Assembly (NCBI GenBank): GCA_965216315.1
Contig: CBDCFN010000015.1
Coordinates: 384,001-448,000, forward strand
From: a bacterium
GTDB lineage: Bacteria; UBA10199; 2-02-FULL-50-16; JAJFLM01
Length of the DNA stretch: 64,000 bases
Direction: 5' to 3'
Under the pieces are notes generated by a model. The model saw only the letters and a program-made list of their open reading frames with translations, had not been told where the DNA came from and ran no database searches. The position numbers were made by a program, and so were the translations under genes. This document shows, in pieces, positions 9,575 to 19,108 of this stretch; position 1 is the first letter of the stretch, and every line of letters begins with the position of its first letter.

Positions 9575-9652
9575 CCTTGGTAGCCCTGCTGTCCCTTAAG
9601 GGACCAGAGGCTTTGCGTCCCTGCCTTACGGCAGGTTTGCCTTTTCATGAAC
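9575..9652 (-). ncRNA. c-di-GMP-I (GEMM-I) riboswitch
   Basis: Minus strand GGCAAACCTGCC-GTAA-GGCAGGGACGCAAAGCC...GGTCCCTTAAGGGACAGCAGGGCTACC matches GEMM consensus. Confidence 0.88.
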
Positions 9653-9733
9653 AGTCACGAAAAAATTTTTATTCAAAAAATATAATGACTATCCTCCGCT
9701 TAGCTTGTCTTTCATTCTTTATTCCAGAATGCT

Positions 9734-9804
9734 TTGTAAGCATATAGGCTAGCCTCCTGCTTTTCTTGGCAGAGACGTTCAAAAATTTGCTTTAAAAGGT
9801 CAAA
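9734..9804. repeat. 71-bp direct repeat copy 1
   Basis: 64/71 identical to 11914-11984. Confidence 0.95.
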
Positions 9805-9810
9805 GGAGAC

Positions 9811-11262
9811 TTAATGAATTGAGCGCATCAGGCTGCACCCGCCACCTGCATTACCATTGTCGCTACCATCGCTGCCACCACCGTTGGATCCGTTGCCATT
9901 GCCGCCGCTATCCTCACTGCAGACCGATGGCTCCCCCGCGCATGTGAAGCCGCTTTCGAGTTGGCACGAGGCGTCACAACCATCGTTCGCTGCGGTATTG
10001 CCATCATCACAGGTCTCACCGGTGTTGGTGTTGACGGAACCGTCACCACAGGTGCTCGCCTCGTCGGCACCGATATCCGGTGTTGCGCCCAGAACCCGTG
10101 GATCTCCTTCAAAATCCATACCGGGCAGATCTGGCGCCAACCCGCTTCCCTGGCCTATCAACGGCGAGCCGGCCTGTAGATGAAAATCACCAGACGCAGG
10201 ATCAAGTAAGAGTGGATCTTCGCCGATCACGTTGTCACCTTCATCGTCGCCCAAAGCAGTAGGGTCACATCCACCCAGATCAACAGAACAGAATTCGGCA
10301 AAGAGATTATTGAATAGTCTCAAAGGAGCGAAGATAAGATTATCATCTCCATCAACATTAGCAAAAATATCATCACCTTGTTCACCGGCTCTATTAAGAT
10401 AAAAGAGGTTATTATAGATATCCGCTTCGGAATCATCAAAGCGAGTGACAATAAAAATTCCGCCACCGCGGCCGTCGTTTGGAACCGCTGTGATTGCATC
10501 ATTTTCATAGAAAGTATTATTGATTAGCGCAATGCGGCCATTGTCCGTATCCAATAACGAAGCGCCACCTAAGCGTGCCGTATTATGTGCAAAAACGTTA
10601 TTCACGGCCATGATTGTCCCATCACCTGTCAAAGCCATGAGGCCTCCGCCCCGGTCAACGGCCGCGTTTTCTAGAAAATGATTCGACTGTACGGTGACAT
10701 TGCCATGCACCGTTTCGATATAGGCCGCGCCACCCAGGTTGGGAGTGCCGTTGTCGTGCAAGAGACAGCCCTCAACTACAACCGGTGCACTCTCTGTTAA
10801 GACAAAAAGGCCGCCTGCTCTTGAGGTCATTCCGCTCGCCGGCTGAAAGCCATTGCGAAGGGTGAGGCCTGAAATGTGAAGCGCAGCAGCGCTATCGTCG
10901 CTCAGTGTGGTGGTTCGAATGAACAGAACTTCTTTTACATTACCGCCGTCCAATATTGTGGTCGCGGCATCGGTCCCTTGCAGAGTGAGAGAAAAATTCT
11001 CTTCAGTCCCGTCTGGGTTGCCATCGTCGGCGATGTAGAAAAAAGTTTCTCCTGGTATGTTATATACTCCCGCCGCTAGGTTGAGGACGTCATTATCGTC
11101 GTTATTCTGTGCCGTTGTCAGGGCCGCTTGGAGATTGCAGGCTAAATCACCGCAATCGTCATCGCCGTTCGAAGTGACTTCAAAGGTTGCGGCATGAGCG
11201 TGAGTTAGCGGGTATAACAGGAGCCCACAAATCAACAAGATATGGTAAGTGAGGCGATGCAT
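9811..11262 (-). CDS. Secreted beta-helix surface protein with Myxococcus Cys-rich repeat and GGGCSL tail
   Basis: Signal peptide, GGA/GGG repeats, DFHLQAGSP..PDIGADE, CGDG...CDDGN..DGC. Confidence 0.8.
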   Translation of the reverse strand: MHRLTYHILLICGLLLYPLTHAHAATFEVTSNGDDDCGDLACNLQAALTTAQNNDDNDVLNLAAGVYNIPGETFFYIADDGNPDGTEENFSLTLQGTDAATTILDGGNVKEVLFIRTTTLSDDSAAALHISGLTLRNGFQPASGMTSRAGGLFVLTESAPVVVEGCLLHDNGTPNLGGAAYIETVHGNVTVQSNHFLENAAVDRGGGLMALTGDGTIMAVNNVFAHNTARLGGASLLDTDNGRIALINNTFYENDAITAVPNDGRGGGIFIVTRFDDSEADIYNNLFYLNRAGEQGDDIFANVDGDDNLIFAPLRLFNNLFAEFCSVDLGGCDPTALGDDEGDNVIGEDPLLLDPASGDFHLQAGSPLIGQGSGLAPDLPGMDFEGDPRVLGATPDIGADEASTCGDGSVNTNTGETCDDGNTAANDGCDASCQLESGFTCAGEPSVCSEDSGGNGNGSNGGGSDGSDNGNAGGGCSLMRSIH

Positions 11263-11280
11263 GACTTTAAAGATACTGAA

Positions 11281-11889
11281 TTACTGGACGACCGTTGCTT
11301 CAGTTGGTTTCTCTGAATCTCGAATACAAGCGCAGATAGCTCTAACTTTTTTCGGCGGATTTAAGCATTTCCACCCTTTACCACATAATGCGCATGAGCA
11401 CTTTGGAAACTCGCCGGATTGTGGCGGCCCCGATATTGTTGCGGTCACTTGTCGAAAAACTTGTCCAAAATATGCTTCTGACGACGTCATGACCTCAGCT
11501 GACATTGCGCTAAGTACTTCCGATTTTAAGACTTCCAGATCGATTGCCGAAAATGCCTTGAATGTTTCCGCATCGTAACGCGCCTCAATAATCTTTGCAA
11601 CCACTTCAAAGGACAGGTCCATCGCGTCGTTCTTGGACAGACCTTGCTCAACGAAGAACTCATAATTCTTCCCGATCAGTCGAGGCAGCAATGAGCTTTT
11701 GACCTGAGACGTAAGAGTGACCTCCGTGCCCGCTTGGCTTGTCACGGCCGTTGGCTTCATTTGAACGAGTGCTTTTTGCTCAAAAGGCTGAGGCTGTTGC
11801 CTACCATCAACTGTTGGTCGTGCCTCCAGGGATGTACTGGCGGCAAGGGCTGTGACTATTGATATCAATAAAAAGGCTGTGAATTTCAT
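11281..11889 (-). CDS. Hypothetical secreted protein, C-terminal Cys cluster
   Basis: MKFTAFLLIS signal; RBS gagga. Confidence 0.7.
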   Translation of the reverse strand: MKFTAFLLISIVTALAASTSLEARPTVDGRQQPQPFEQKALVQMKPTAVTSQAGTEVTLTSQVKSSLLPRLIGKNYEFFVEQGLSKNDAMDLSFEVVAKIIEARYDAETFKAFSAIDLEVLKSEVLSAMSAEVMTSSEAYFGQVFRQVTATISGPPQSGEFPKCSCALCGKGWKCLNPPKKVRAICACIRDSEKPTEATVVQ

Positions 11890-11913
11890 AGCCAATTCCT
11901 CTTCTTCCAAACG

Positions 11914-11984
11914 TTGTAAGAATATCGGCTAGCTTCTCGCTTTTCTTGGCAGAGACGTTCAAAAATTTGCTTTAAAAGACCAAA
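11914..11984. repeat. 71-bp direct repeat copy 2 (contains sigma28-like GCCGATAT on minus strand)
   Basis: 64/71 identical to 9734-9804. Confidence 0.95.
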
Positions 11985-12005
11985 AATACGCCTTAGTAAG
12001 GATTA

Positions 12006-12869
12006 TTAATTGCCGGCCGTTCGGTAATCTCGAGGAGATTTTCCAAATTTTAATTTGAAGGCCCTGCTAAAATGGGACAGGTCTTCGAAACCGCATTGAG
12101 AGGCAATTTCGGTGATACTGCTTGGGGTCGTCTGCAAAAGAATAGCTGAATGTTGTAGACGTCGCTCCAGTAACCATTTTCCCGGTGACGTGTCATAACA
12201 CTTTCGAAATTCCCGCTTAAAAGAAGATGCACTTTGATGACACATTTGGGCGAAGGCTTCAACGGGTAGGTTTTGGCAAAAATTAAGCTCCATGACTGTG
12301 GTGAGGTCCGGCCCAACGGAACTTGCAACTGAGCGTAAATAGGTCGCTAAGTCCGGATTGCTTTGGCCCAAAAGGATGCTTGCCAGGAGCTCTTTGAGTT
12401 TCAATTTCAAAAGGGCATCCGGTGGCCTTTCCTCATTCGCAAAGTAAGTCGTCATTGCGTCAAAAAATACTGACAAAGCAACATCATTTTGAACTCGGAT
12501 CGTCATCTTTCTGGCATCAATAGGTTCCGGGCTTTTTGGTAGGTCGGGTGCATATTCTATGACGGCCTCTTTAACAAATTCGTCAGGAAAGAAAAAATAT
12601 TCTAAACAAAGCTCATTCCCCGAGTGCTCCGGCATGATGTAGGCCCCCTTCCTGAAAAATACCGTTGTACCCGCTTCGGCCGTGCACGTTCCGGTATTAT
12701 CCGTCCAGGTTTGTTCCCCGGAGACAACATGAAGCAGGTGATCCATGGGCATCCAAATCCCAACTGGCTCTTCCTGTGGAGGGCAGGTGAATTGTGCTAA
12801 AAGTATGTCCCCAATTTGAAAAGTCTTTGATTGTGGTTTCGACAAGATTACATCTATCGCATTCAACAT
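12006..12869 (-). CDS. AraC family transcriptional regulator
   Basis: C-terminal ITEIASQCGFEDLSHFSRAFK..G.SP. Confidence 0.92.
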   Translation of the reverse strand: MLNAIDVILSKPQSKTFQIGDILLAQFTCPPQEEPVGIWMPMDHLLHVVSGEQTWTDNTGTCTAEAGTTVFFRKGAYIMPEHSGNELCLEYFFFPDEFVKEAVIEYAPDLPKSPEPIDARKMTIRVQNDVALSVFFDAMTTYFANEERPPDALLKLKLKELLASILLGQSNPDLATYLRSVASSVGPDLTTVMELNFCQNLPVEAFAQMCHQSASSFKREFRKCYDTSPGKWLLERRLQHSAILLQTTPSSITEIASQCGFEDLSHFSRAFKLKFGKSPRDYRTAGN

Positions 12870-13003
12870 AACTTTAAGCCTGTATTTTATAGGATGTCCC
12901 CAGCAACGGGCAATGTTAAAAAAAAACAGTGATTTCCAGTTTTTGACAGGGCCGGCCTATATTGATATGTCTCAATCCTCTTACTCGAAGGAAGATTTGC
13001 GTA

Positions 13004-13912
13004 ATGCATCACGATGAAGACATGCCTCGTATTTCCCTAAACGGAACCGAGCTGATGTACTTCGATGAAGGTCGGGGCGATCCACTAGTGCTGGTGCACG
13101 GTTCCGTTAGTGATTACCGGACTTGGGAGTTACAGCGTCGGGCTTTTGCGGAGCGGTTTCGCGTCATTACCTACAGTCGGCGCTATCACTGGCCGAATGC
13201 CCCTATCTCTGACGGGGACGACTATGTGATGGCCGAGCACGTTGACGATCTTGAAGCGCTGGTAGAACATTTGGGCCTTGCGCCGTTGCACCTGGTCGGA
13301 CATTCCTATGGAGCCTTTTTGTGCCTGCTGCTCGCAATCCGAAAACCGCAATGGGTGCGCCGGCTGGTGCTGGCGGAGCCACCCGTGGTCCCACTGTTTC
13401 TCAGCAATCCTCCTCGGCCATGGCAACTGATTCAATTGCTATTGCGCCACCCCCGAACGGCTGCAGCTATTTTTAAAATTATGGCGACTGGATTTGGTCC
13501 GGCGACGCGAGCGTTCAAGCGAGGGGATACAGAGACCGGTCTCCGTCGCGTCGGCGAAGCCATTTTTGGTCGGGCCGCTTTTGAGAATTTTAAAGGTGGC
13601 CATGGGGCACAGATAACAGCCAATACGAGTGCCACGGTGGCGGAATTTTTGGGGCCGGGATTCGAGCCGCTTGATGTAGATAGCGTTCGCGCCGTGTCGA
13701 TGCCGACCTTGCTGGTAAATGGTCAGGAAAGCAGGGGCATTTTTCATCGTCTTACCGATCGACTCGCCGAACTCATGCCGAATACCCAGCGTGTGTGGAT
13801 CCCCAGGGCGTCTCACGGCATGCATGAGACCAATGACCAGGCCTTCAATGCGGCTGTCCTCACGTTCCTACGACCCGACAAAACCCTTGCCCAGCCGGAT
13901 TCCATCCGATAG
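13004..13912 (+). CDS. Alpha/beta hydrolase
   Basis: LVHG, GHSYG nucleophile elbow, C-terminal His; start uncertain. Confidence 0.9.
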   Translation: MHHDEDMPRISLNGTELMYFDEGRGDPLVLVHGSVSDYRTWELQRRAFAERFRVITYSRRYHWPNAPISDGDDYVMAEHVDDLEALVEHLGLAPLHLVGHSYGAFLCLLLAIRKPQWVRRLVLAEPPVVPLFLSNPPRPWQLIQLLLRHPRTAAAIFKIMATGFGPATRAFKRGDTETGLRRVGEAIFGRAAFENFKGGHGAQITANTSATVAEFLGPGFEPLDVDSVRAVSMPTLLVNGQESRGIFHRLTDRLAELMPNTQRVWIPRASHGMHETNDQAFNAAVLTFLRPDKTLAQPDSIR

Positions 13913-13921
13913 AAGGCATTT

Positions 13922-15067
13922 GTGCCTAACTACGACCTGACCGAAGAACAAAACATGCTCCGCAAGTCCGTTCGCGACTTTGCCGAGGGCGAAATCAAAC
14001 CGGTCCGCCAGGAACTCGATGATCAGGAGAAATTCTCCTACGAGCTGACCCAGAAGATGGCGGACTTGGGCCTCTTTGGGGCGATGATCTCACCGGACTA
14101 TGGCGGGCAGGGCCTGGACTATCTTTCCTACGTGATTGCGGTGGAAGAAATCGCCCGGGTCGACGGCTGTCAGGCCGCGACCTTGGCGGCCCATAATTCG
14201 CTGGGGGTCCTGCCGATCTACAACTTCGGTCGCGAAGAGCAGAAGCAGAAGTATCTTCCGGATCTCTGTAAGGGCAAGCTGTGGGCCTTTGGTCTGACTG
14301 AGGCCAATGCGGGTTCGGATGCCGGGGCCTCCCAGACCAAGGCGGAACTCAAGGACGGACAGTGGGTGATCAATGGGTCCAAGATTTTTATTACGAATGG
14401 AGCCACCAAAGTAACGGCCGGTGTGACCGTGCAGGCGGTGACCGGAGAAAGCAACGGCAGCAAGGAACTCTCGACGATAATCGTCGATCAAGGGACGCCT
14501 GGTTGGACCGCCCGGGAAATGCACGGCAAGTTGACCTGGCGCTCATCGAATACTTCCGAGATGTTTTTTGATAACTGCCAGGTCCCTGAAGAGAATCTCC
14601 TCGGCCAACGCGGTCATGGTTTTCGCCAGATGTTGCAGACCCTGGACTCGGGACGCTTGAGTATCGCTGCGATGGGTTTGGGCGGCGCGCAGGGGGCCTT
14701 TGAGGCTGCACTGCAGTATTCGAAAGAGCGGGAGACCTTTGGCAAACCGATTTGCAAGCACCAGGCGATCGCCTTTAAGCTGGCGGACATGGGCACCGAA
14801 ATCGAAGCGGCGCGCAATCTCCTCTACCGCGCGTGTTGGCTCAAGGATGAGGGACGCAACTTTGGCAAAGAGGCCGCGATGGCCAAGCTCTACTGCTCAG
14901 AAGTGATGGGTCGCGTCGTCAATCATGCGGTGCAGATCTATGGCGGTTATGGGCTGATGAACGAGTATCCGGTTGCAAAGTTTTACCGGGATCACAAGTT
15001 GCTCGAGATCGGTGAGGGCACGAGCGAAGTGCAAAGAATCGTTATTTCACGCCACTTGGGTTGCTAA
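13922..15067 (+). CDS. Acyl-CoA dehydrogenase
   Basis: FGLTEANAGSD, NGSKIFITN, IYGGYG, IGEGTSE. Confidence 0.95.
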   Translation: MPNYDLTEEQNMLRKSVRDFAEGEIKPVRQELDDQEKFSYELTQKMADLGLFGAMISPDYGGQGLDYLSYVIAVEEIARVDGCQAATLAAHNSLGVLPIYNFGREEQKQKYLPDLCKGKLWAFGLTEANAGSDAGASQTKAELKDGQWVINGSKIFITNGATKVTAGVTVQAVTGESNGSKELSTIIVDQGTPGWTAREMHGKLTWRSSNTSEMFFDNCQVPEENLLGQRGHGFRQMLQTLDSGRLSIAAMGLGGAQGAFEAALQYSKERETFGKPICKHQAIAFKLADMGTEIEAARNLLYRACWLKDEGRNFGKEAAMAKLYCSEVMGRVVNHAVQIYGGYGLMNEYPVAKFYRDHKLLEIGEGTSEVQRIVISRHLGC

Positions 15068-15076
15068 TGGGATGAT

Positions 15077-15108
15077 TCCCCCTTTCTCAAAGGGGGGTAG
15101 GGGGATTT
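15077..15108. repeat. C/G-run hairpin repeat family C
   Basis: tccccctttctcaaaggggggtagggggattt; related copies at 29485 and 56740. Confidence 0.75.
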
Positions 15109-15112
15109 TTCC

Positions 15113-15808
15113 TTATCTTCCCATCCATTTCTTCCCCTCACGTTCCAAGACCTGCATAAACTTGGGAGCGACGTACTTGGTGGCTTCTTTGATCATCCAG
15201 TCCGCGATGATGCCGCCGGGATCCGTCCAGATATACAAATCGAGTTTGGTTTGCTTCGGATGGCCGGGGGCCTTGGAGAGCGTCAACTTGAATTCGTAAG
15301 TCGGTTGGCGGCCAAAGATGAGCTTTCCGGTCTGAGTGACCTTGCCTTGAGCGAGCTTGGTTTCGTCGTTCATTGCTTTCGCCATGATCCAACGATCCGA
15401 GAGGGGAAAGGGATAATCGAACTGCTGGTAGACATGATAGTCCCACTGCTTTCCTTCAGCGCGTGCCTCGATCGGTTTGCACTTCTTGCCGGCATAGCGG
15501 CGCTGCACGGTGCGGCCATTGCGCAGGCCGTCTTTCTTGGCCTGCATAACATCGGCTTCGGACATACAAAAAGAGGCCACCATGCGTGGATATTTCCCGC
15601 CGTGGGTGTTGGCATCGAGCACGGCCTTCCAGATCGCTTCAACGGGAGCATCCAGCCGCGCGGTGACGTTGGCACGAGCGCCGGGAAATCCCTTGGTCTT
15701 GACTTCAATCGAAAAATCTTTGGGTTTGTAGTCTTCTTTGGCGTACGCGCTGACGGCAACGGTCACTGCCAAGGTCAGGCAGACTAGGCTTCGAGTCAAA
15801 AATTTCAT
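15113..15808 (-). CDS. Secreted START/SRPBCC-like protein
   Basis: Signal peptide; DAPVEAIW, PFPLSDRW, DPGGIIADW. Confidence 0.7.
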   Translation of the reverse strand: MKFLTRSLVCLTLAVTVAVSAYAKEDYKPKDFSIEVKTKGFPGARANVTARLDAPVEAIWKAVLDANTHGGKYPRMVASFCMSEADVMQAKKDGLRNGRTVQRRYAGKKCKPIEARAEGKQWDYHVYQQFDYPFPLSDRWIMAKAMNDETKLAQGKVTQTGKLIFGRQPTYEFKLTLSKAPGHPKQTKLDLYIWTDPGGIIADWMIKEATKYVAPKFMQVLEREGKKWMGR

Positions 15809-15811
15809 AAT

Positions 15812-16264
15812 TTACCTCTTATTTCTCATGGCCTGTTCAATCTCTCGATGTTGAGCCTTCTTTTTTAATTCATCCCTTCGGTCCCGCTGATGCTTCCCTT
15901 TGGCCAGGGCCAGCTCAATTTTGGCCCGACCGTCCTTGAAGTAGACGCGGGTAGGCACCAGAGTCAAGCGATCCCTTTGGATCTTGCCGGCAAGGGTATC
16001 AATTTGGGCGCGATGGAGCAGAAGTTTGCGGCGCCGGGTCGGTTCATGATTGCGGAGATTGGCCGGCGGATACGTCGCGATGTGGCAGTTAAGGAGGTAA
16101 AGCTGTCCATTGTCGATCGTCGCATAAGCATCGACGAGCTCGATATGGTTATTGCGCAGCGATTTCACCTCACTGCCGGTCAAGACCATGCCCGCCTCGT
16201 ACTTCTCCAAAAAGATATAACGATGCGAGGCCTTTTTATTAACTTTGATGACCTTAATGCCCAT
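15812..16264 (-). CDS. smpB: SsrA-binding protein
   Basis: NKKA.H.Y, EAGMVLTGSEVKSLR, RKLLLH, GK..DRR. Confidence 0.97.
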   Translation of the reverse strand: MGIKVIKVNKKASHRYIFLEKYEAGMVLTGSEVKSLRNNHIELVDAYATIDNGQLYLLNCHIATYPPANLRNHEPTRRRKLLLHRAQIDTLAGKIQRDRLTLVPTRVYFKDGRAKIELALAKGKHQRDRRDELKKKAQHREIEQAMRNKR

Positions 16265-16265
16265 A

Positions 16266-16403
16266 TCAACTCCGCTGAGCATCGCTAGCGAGCAAAGCGA
16301 GCGAGAGGGGGAGGCTCCGCGAGCTTTGCTTGTGGAGGGGGCGACGCGAGCCCCTCTGATAGCGCGAGGCCTTTTTGTTCACCTTGATGACTTTAATGCC
16401 CAT
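16266..16403 (-). other. Duplicated smpB 5' end plus family A repeat, forming a 45-aa upstream ORF
   Basis: MGIKVIKVNKKAS encoded twice; this ORF stops 1 nt before smpB ATG. Confidence 0.8.
16286..16357 (-). repeat. Family A repeat
   Basis: tagcgagcaaagcgagcgagagggggaggctc...gagggggcgacgcgagcccct. Confidence 0.9.
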
Positions 16404-16498
16404 CTCTGCTTTGTAGCGATCCTGGGGGGGTAAAACAAGAACTAGAAATAATGGGCAAGATGTTGCTCCTCGTCGCTATTTGGACTAGGGTTCTGTCC

Positions 16499-17635
16499 AT
16501 GCAGCCATTCAACCAAGACCACGAAACCTTCCGTCAAACCGTTCGCAATTACGTCCAAAAGGAACTCCTGCCCCATCAAGAGGAGTGGGAGACCAACAAA
16601 GGCTTTCCTAAGGAAGTTTTTCGCCAACTCGGGGAACTGGGATTTTTAGGCATACGCTTTCCCGAGGAGCTGGGTGGGAGCGGACTCGATTACTGGTACA
16701 CGATTTGTTTCTACGAAGAGTTGTTGCGTTGCCGTATGAGCGGCCTCTCGATGGACGTCATGGTCCAGACCGAAATCTCGACGCCGATTATCAACGTACT
16801 CGGGACCGATGAGCAAAAACAAGAATTCCTCTTGCCCGCGATCAAGGGTGAAAAGGTTGGGGCTTTGGGCATCACCGAACCGGATACGGGATCGGATGTT
16901 GCCAACATCAAAACAACGGCCAAGGTCGACGGCGATGACTACGTCATCAACGGGGCCAAGATGTACATCACCAATGGCAGCAAGGCGGATTTTATTACCT
17001 TGTCCGTGCGCACCGGTGAAGCGGGCCACAAGGGACTCAGCCTCGTGACCTTTCCAACCGACACCAAGGGTTTTGAGGTTGGTAAAAAACTCGAAAAGCT
17101 TGGCATGGATTCATCGGATACGGCGCTGTTGTTTTTTGATAACTGCCGTATTCCGCGGCGCTACGTGTTGGGTGAAGAGAACCGCGGTTTCTATTACATC
17201 ATGCAGAATTTCCAGGGCGAGCGTTTGGGCGCGGCGGTGACCTGTGTGACTGAAGGGCAGTACATGATCGAGGATGCCTTGAAATACGGGCGCGAACGTG
17301 AGGCCTTTGGGAGGCCGATTCTCGGTTTCCAGGTCTGGCGGCACAAGTTTGCGCAACTTATGACTGAACTGGAAGCGGGCCGCCAGTTGACCTACCACGC
17401 GGCCGACATGTTTAACCGCGGCGAAGAATGCGTGACCGAAATCTCAATGGCCAAGCTCTACGCCTCCGAACTCGCCAATCGCATCGCGTATGATTGCCTG
17501 CAATTCCACGGTGGCGCGGGCTTCATGAAGGAGTATGACATCTCCCGCTCCTTTCGCGACCTGCGTCTCATTCCCATCGGCGCCGGAACCTCCGACGTCA
17601 TGCGCGAGATTATCGCGAAGAATAAGGGGTTCTAA
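16499..17635 (+). CDS. Acyl-CoA dehydrogenase
   Basis: ITEPDTGSD, NGAKMYITN, FHGGAG, IGAGTSD. Confidence 0.95.
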   Translation: MQPFNQDHETFRQTVRNYVQKELLPHQEEWETNKGFPKEVFRQLGELGFLGIRFPEELGGSGLDYWYTICFYEELLRCRMSGLSMDVMVQTEISTPIINVLGTDEQKQEFLLPAIKGEKVGALGITEPDTGSDVANIKTTAKVDGDDYVINGAKMYITNGSKADFITLSVRTGEAGHKGLSLVTFPTDTKGFEVGKKLEKLGMDSSDTALLFFDNCRIPRRYVLGEENRGFYYIMQNFQGERLGAAVTCVTEGQYMIEDALKYGREREAFGRPILGFQVWRHKFAQLMTELEAGRQLTYHAADMFNRGEECVTEISMAKLYASELANRIAYDCLQFHGGAGFMKEYDISRSFRDLRLIPIGAGTSDVMREIIAKNKGF

Positions 17636-17638
17636 TGG

Positions 17639-18268
17639 TTAATGCCCTTCTTCTCCTTCCTCAGAGGGCTCTTCAGTGCGATTCAAGTTAGGCTGATCTT
17701 CTCCCGTGCCACCATGCCAGTAGGTTGAACATCGTGTGACCGCGAAATCATCGGAAAGCCTATCGTTACGCAGAGAGTCGGGCCAACTCTGACACGCAAT
17801 GCAAACGGCTTGACGGGCTTCCGATAATTCTTGCTGCAAGACTTCGAGGGTGTGACTCCCTCCACGGCAGAGACGGTCTTTTTCGAGCCATTGCTGGTTG
17901 AGCCGCAAATACTCAGTCCAGAGTCGGTCCGATTCAGTGTGAATGAAGGCCGTGCATTCTGCGTTAGGTGCTCGTGAGGCGACTCTAATAAATCCATAGG
18001 ATTGCTGACGCACTGTCAGGCTCTCCTGTTCAAGCTGATCCGCTTCGTGACAAATTTGTTCTTTTTCATCGTGACGCCGTTTGGCTGACTGGTACTGTTG
18101 GGTGGCGAGGACGCAATTATCGAGCTGGAGCGGAGGTCGATTAGCGGCCGAAATGTCGATCACTTTTTTGCTGATGCCAAAATCGCGCAGGCTGATGGCA
18201 TGGCTACTTGATAGGGGCCAAATGAATGTCAGCCCGATGACGATAATAAAGAGTTTAATGATATTCAT
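17639..18268 (-). CDS. Hypothetical secreted helical Cys-containing protein
   Basis: Signal peptide; RBS ggaggctaccATG. Confidence 0.75.
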   Translation of the reverse strand: MNIIKLFIIVIGLTFIWPLSSSHAISLRDFGISKKVIDISAANRPPLQLDNCVLATQQYQSAKRRHDEKEQICHEADQLEQESLTVRQQSYGFIRVASRAPNAECTAFIHTESDRLWTEYLRLNQQWLEKDRLCRGGSHTLEVLQQELSEARQAVCIACQSWPDSLRNDRLSDDFAVTRCSTYWHGGTGEDQPNLNRTEEPSEEGEEGH

Positions 18269-18279
18269 GGTAGCCTCCT

Positions 18280-18858
18280 TTACTCGGTACCCAGCGCACT
18301 TGTACGTAAGCAGACCGCATAGCGCGTGACTTCAAATTTCACAGGCGATGAGCTTGTTCCATCCAGCGCGTTGACCAGGGAAACAGCGATAGGCTTGCCG
18401 GTTTCCGGAGATGTAATCGTTCCAAAACCCGTCTTCATGCCTAAACGCTTCGTCGTGGCATTTTTAGTCTGCGAGGTGTCAGGCAGTGCCTGGAAGGCGA
18501 ACAGTTTGTCACCGCGCTTGCATTTAAGCGCAGGCGGATCATTGTAGCCGGGTTCCGGGTTATTGGAACTCTGAGCAAAGTTCCGATCATAGCAGTAGCG
18601 GTGAATATAAATCGAATCTTCCGGATAGTATGTCTTGGGACTTCCGCAATAAATAGACTGCACGTCCTTTCTCAAATAGATCATTTTGGGACTCGTCACC
18701 TTGACTGGATTGATAATGGATATTGCCTGGGTTGCCGATGGCGTTGAAGGTTCGACCCCTGTCGCTGGAATTTTTACATTGTAAAATTCGGCGAATGCGG
18801 GACCCGTAATCAGTGCTATCGCAATGACAAATGTGACCTTGCTCAGTGTCTTTCCCAT
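18280..18858 (-). CDS. Hypothetical secreted protein
   Basis: Signal ending AFA; RBS ggaggctaccATG, identical to the next gene. Confidence 0.75.
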   Translation of the reverse strand: MGKTLSKVTFVIAIALITGPAFAEFYNVKIPATGVEPSTPSATQAISIINPVKVTSPKMIYLRKDVQSIYCGSPKTYYPEDSIYIHRYCYDRNFAQSSNNPEPGYNDPPALKCKRGDKLFAFQALPDTSQTKNATTKRLGMKTGFGTITSPETGKPIAVSLVNALDGTSSSPVKFEVTRYAVCLRTSALGTE

Positions 18859-18886
18859 GGTAGCCTCCGTTCTGGCTATTAGGTCT

Positions 18887-18902
18887 TGCAAAACTTATGC
18901 CA
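18887..18902 (-). promoter_or_regulatory. sigma54 promoter
   Basis: TGGCATAAGTTTTGCA (GG-N10-GC). Confidence 0.75.
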
Positions 18903-18975
18903 TGATCACCGGACCATAAATTAAATAACTTATTGAAATTATTTAATAAATTTACTCTTCTTGTGCATGGCCCCA

Positions 18976-19007
18976 TTATCATTCTGATAAAATTATCAAA
19001 TTGATAA
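18976..19007. promoter_or_regulatory. Tandem palindromic operator (putative enhancer)
   Basis: TTATCAttcTGATAA aa TTATCAaatTGATAA. Confidence 0.7.
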
Positions 19008-19069
19008 TATTTGTCGTTGGCCCGCTACGGAAAAAGTGAAGGAAATTGGCGAGTTAGCAAAACGGTGTT

Positions 19070-19085
19070 TGGCATAGATCATGCA
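19070..19085 (+). promoter_or_regulatory. sigma54 promoter
   Basis: TGGCATAGATCATGCA (GG-N10-GC). Confidence 0.65.
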
Positions 19086-19108
19086 AAGACGGCAGGGAGG
19101 AGGATGCG

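Noticed and set aside
9734..11984. Integron attC cassettes
   Set aside because: Repeats lack attC inverted-repeat structure and no integrase is present
16225..16403. DGR template/variable repeat pair
   Set aside because: Differences are not adenine-specific and no reverse transcriptase is present
16266..16450. tmRNA or att site next to smpB
   Set aside because: No tRNA-like ends or integrase; the region is explained by the duplication plus repeat
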